Assembly (NCBI RefSeq): GCF_048403405.1
Contig: NZ_CP183129.1
Length of the DNA stretch: 64,000 bases
Source of the DNA: Escherichia coli
GTDB lineage: Bacteria; Pseudomonadota; Gammaproteobacteria; Enterobacterales; Enterobacteriaceae
Direction: 5' to 3' (one strand)
This document shows positions 61,737-64,000 of the stretch, one piece after another. How positions within the stretch are numbered: the stretch's first letter is position 1; each line of letters opens with the position of its first letter. The notes under the pieces were generated by a model, which was not told the DNA's origin, did no database searches, and saw only the letters and a list, made by a program, of their open reading frames with translations. A program made the position numbers and the translations under genes.

Positions 61737-61937
61737 ATGGCAATCCGAAAACGTTTTATTGCGGGCGCAAAATGCCCGGCCTGTCAGGCGCAGGATTCAA
61801 TGGCGATGTGGCGCGAAAATAATATTGATATTGTTGAATGTGTTAAGTGCGGACATCAGATGCGAGAAGCGGACAAAGAAGCCCGCGATCACGTTCGCAA
61901 AGATGAGCAAGTGATCGGGATTTTTCATCCGGACTAG
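61737..61937 (+). CDS. yheV: small zinc-ribbon-like protein YheV
   Basis: 66-aa ORF with CPACQ...CVKCGH. Confidence 0.85.
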   Translation: MAIRKRFIAGAKCPACQAQDSMAMWRENNIDIVECVKCGHQMREADKEARDHVRKDEQVIGIFHPD

Positions 61938-62031
61938 CGATATGCGCCGAGTTTTTTTAAGCTAGTGAGTACACGGCTGCAGAATTCCGCTACAATCTGC
62001 GCCACTATTCTTCCCATGCTCAGGAGATATC

Positions 62032-62622
62032 ATGAAAGTAGCAAAAGACCTGGTGGTCAGCCTGGCCTATCAGGTACGTACAGAAGACGGTGTGTTGGTT
62101 GATGAGTCTCCGGTGAGTGCGCCGCTGGACTACCTGCATGGTCACGGTTCCCTGATCTCTGGCCTGGAAACGGCGCTGGAAGGTCACGAAGTTGGCGACA
62201 AATTTGATGTCGCTGTTGGCGCGAACGACGCTTACGGTCAGTACGACGAAAACCTGGTGCAACGCGTTCCTAAAGACGTATTTATGGGCGTTGATGAACT
62301 GCAGGTAGGTATGCGTTTCCTGGCTGAAACTGACCAGGGTCCGGTACCGGTTGAAATCACTGCGGTTGAAGACGATCACGTCGTGGTTGATGGTAACCAC
62401 ATGCTGGCCGGTCAGAACCTGAAATTCAACGTTGAAGTTGTGGCGATTCGCGAAGCGACTGAAGAAGAACTGGCTCATGGCCACGTTCACGGTGCGCACG
62501 ATCATCACCACGATCACGACCACGACGGTTGCTGCGGTGGTCATGGCCACGATCACGGTCATGAACACGGTGGCGAAGGCTGCTGCGGCGGTAAAGGTAA
62601 CGGCGGTTGCGGTTGCCACTAA
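62032..62622 (+). CDS. slyD: FKBP-type peptidyl-prolyl isomerase SlyD
   Basis: 196-aa ORF with His/Cys-rich metal-binding C-terminal tail. Confidence 0.96.
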   Translation: MKVAKDLVVSLAYQVRTEDGVLVDESPVSAPLDYLHGHGSLISGLETALEGHEVGDKFDVAVGANDAYGQYDENLVQRVPKDVFMGVDELQVGMRFLAETDQGPVPVEITAVEDDHVVVDGNHMLAGQNLKFNVEVVAIREATEEELAHGHVHGAHDHHHDHDHDGCCGGHGHDHGHEHGGEGCCGGKGNGGCGCH

Positions 62623-62640
62623 TACCGAAAAAGTGACAAA

Positions 62641-62667
62641 AAAGCGGGGGAATCCCCGCTTTTTTTA
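62641..62667. terminator. bidirectional terminator between convergent slyD and slyX
   Basis: aaaagcgggggaatccccgcttttttt. Confidence 0.75.
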
Positions 62668-62671
62668 CGCC

Positions 62672-62890
62672 TCAATAATGTGGCGGTGGCGTTTCTTCAG
62701 CCTGCGACGCGATGTTCGACGGCTGGCTGGCTTTTAGCTTCTCGGTCAGCAGACGCAGATGATCGCGCAGTTTCGCCATCTCCATTTCATGAGCGGTCAC
62801 CGTGACGTTCAGTTCTTCAATGGTGATTTCCTGAAAAGCCAGTCGGCTCTCCAGCTCTGCCAGGCGTGCTTCCAATGATAAATCCTGCAT
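62672..62890 (-). CDS. slyX: protein SlyX
   Basis: 72-aa coiled-coil ORF. Confidence 0.9.
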
Positions 62891-63110
62891 GATTCACCTC
62901 TTTTGTCGAATGGTCGCCGCGGATTCTACTTAACTTTGCTGCCCGAGACAGCACTCATTTCGCGGTCATCGAAACTAATTTAAACAAAAAGAGTCTGAAA
63001 ATAGATGATAATAGGGCGTGTCTGTATGTAGATTTGTTCGACAACGCTTTATAGTACCCTTCTGATAATAGTTAACCCTGGGGTGAGATGCCCCGATCCT
63101 GGAGATATGG

Positions 63111-63925
63111 ATGAAATCACTGTTTAAAGTAACGCTGCTGGGGCGACCACAATGGCCGTTGCCCTGCATGCACCGATCACTTTTGCTGCTGAAGCTGCAA
63201 AACCTGCTACAACTGCTGACAGCAAAGCAGCGTTCAAAAATGACGATCAGAAATCAGCTTATGCACTGGGTGCTTCGCTGGGTCGTTACATGGAAAACTC
63301 TCTTAAAGAACAAGAAAAACTGGGCATCAAACTGGATAAAGATCAGCTGATCGCTGGTGTTCAGGATGCATTTGCTGATAAGAGCAAACTCTCCGACCAA
63401 GAGATCGAACAGACACTGCAAGCATTCGAAGCTCGCGTGAAGTCTTCTGCTCAGGCGAAGATGGAAAAAGACGCGGCAGATAACGAAGCGAAAGGTAAAG
63501 AGTACCGCGAGAAATTTGCCAAAGAGAAAGGTGTGAAAACCTCTTCAACTGGTCTGGTTTATCAGGTAGTCGAAGCCGGTAAAGGCGAAGCACCGAAAGA
63601 CAGCGATACTGTTGTCGTGAACTACAAAGGTACGCTGATCGACGGTAAAGAGTTCGACAACTCTTACACCCGTGGTGAACCGCTCTCTTTCCGTCTGGAC
63701 GGTGTTATTCCGGGTTGGACAGAAGGTCTGAAGAACATCAAGAAAGGCGGTAAGATCAAACTGGTTATTCCACCAGAACTGGCTTACGGCAAAGCGGGTG
63801 TTCCGGGGATCCCACCGAATTCTACCCTGGTGTTTGACGTAGAGCTGCTGGATGTGAAACCAGCGCCGAAGGCTGATGCAAAGCCGGAAGCTGATGCGAA
63901 AGCCGCAGATTCTGCTAAAAAATAA
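63111..63925 (+). pseudogene. fkpA: periplasmic FKBP-type peptidyl-prolyl isomerase FkpA, apparent +2 frameshift in signal-peptide codons (or assembly error)
   Basis: ATG at 63111 encodes MKSLFKVTLL then leaves frame at the GGG run 63141-63143; the rest of FkpA (MAVALHAPITFAAEAAKP... to ...AADSAKK) is in a +2 frame from 63152; deleting two G restores the expected LLATTMAVA. Confidence 0.7.
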
Positions 63926-64000
63926 GCATTAAGAACCGCCGCCTGACCAGGCGGCGGTTTTTTTATTACAGGCCGGATATAATTAGTGCTGGAAAGCGGA

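Noticed and set aside
62470-62619. His/Cys-rich C-terminal tail of SlyD that could be mistaken for an engineered His-tag
   Set aside because: This HGHxH/CCGG-rich tail is the native metal-binding domain of E. coli SlyD; there are no flanking vector or linker sequences.

Overview
This window reads as an Escherichia coli chromosomal segment, syntenic (in reverse orientation) with the K-12 bioH - feoABC - tex - greB - ompR/envZ - pck - hslRO - igaA - mrcA - hofMNOPQ - aroKB - damX - dam - rpe - gph - trpS - yhfZ..yhfS - cysG/nirCDB - tsgA - ppiA - fic - pabA - argD - crp - prkB - yheSTU - kefGB - slyD - fkpA region. Gene identities were assigned by reading the translated ORFs against remembered E. 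coli proteins; no database search was run. It is almost entirely ordinary core genome: about 64 protein-coding genes, no rRNA or tRNA, no CRISPR array, no IS element or prophage. I did not find a clearly novel system. Four places differ from what I recall of the K-12 reference and deserve a second look: (1) a two-gene toxin-antitoxin-like module (RelE/HigB-superfamily toxin plus YiaG/HigA-like XRE antitoxin) inserted between the convergent envZ and pck genes; (2) fkpA carries an apparent +2 frameshift in a G-run inside its signal-peptide codons; (3) the frlABCDR fructoselysine locus is absent between yhfS and yhfL; (4) a degenerate duplicate of the rpnA (yhgA) 3-prime tail lies immediately downstream of rpnA. 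The yhfZ-yhfS cluster is intact but functionally uncharacterised.
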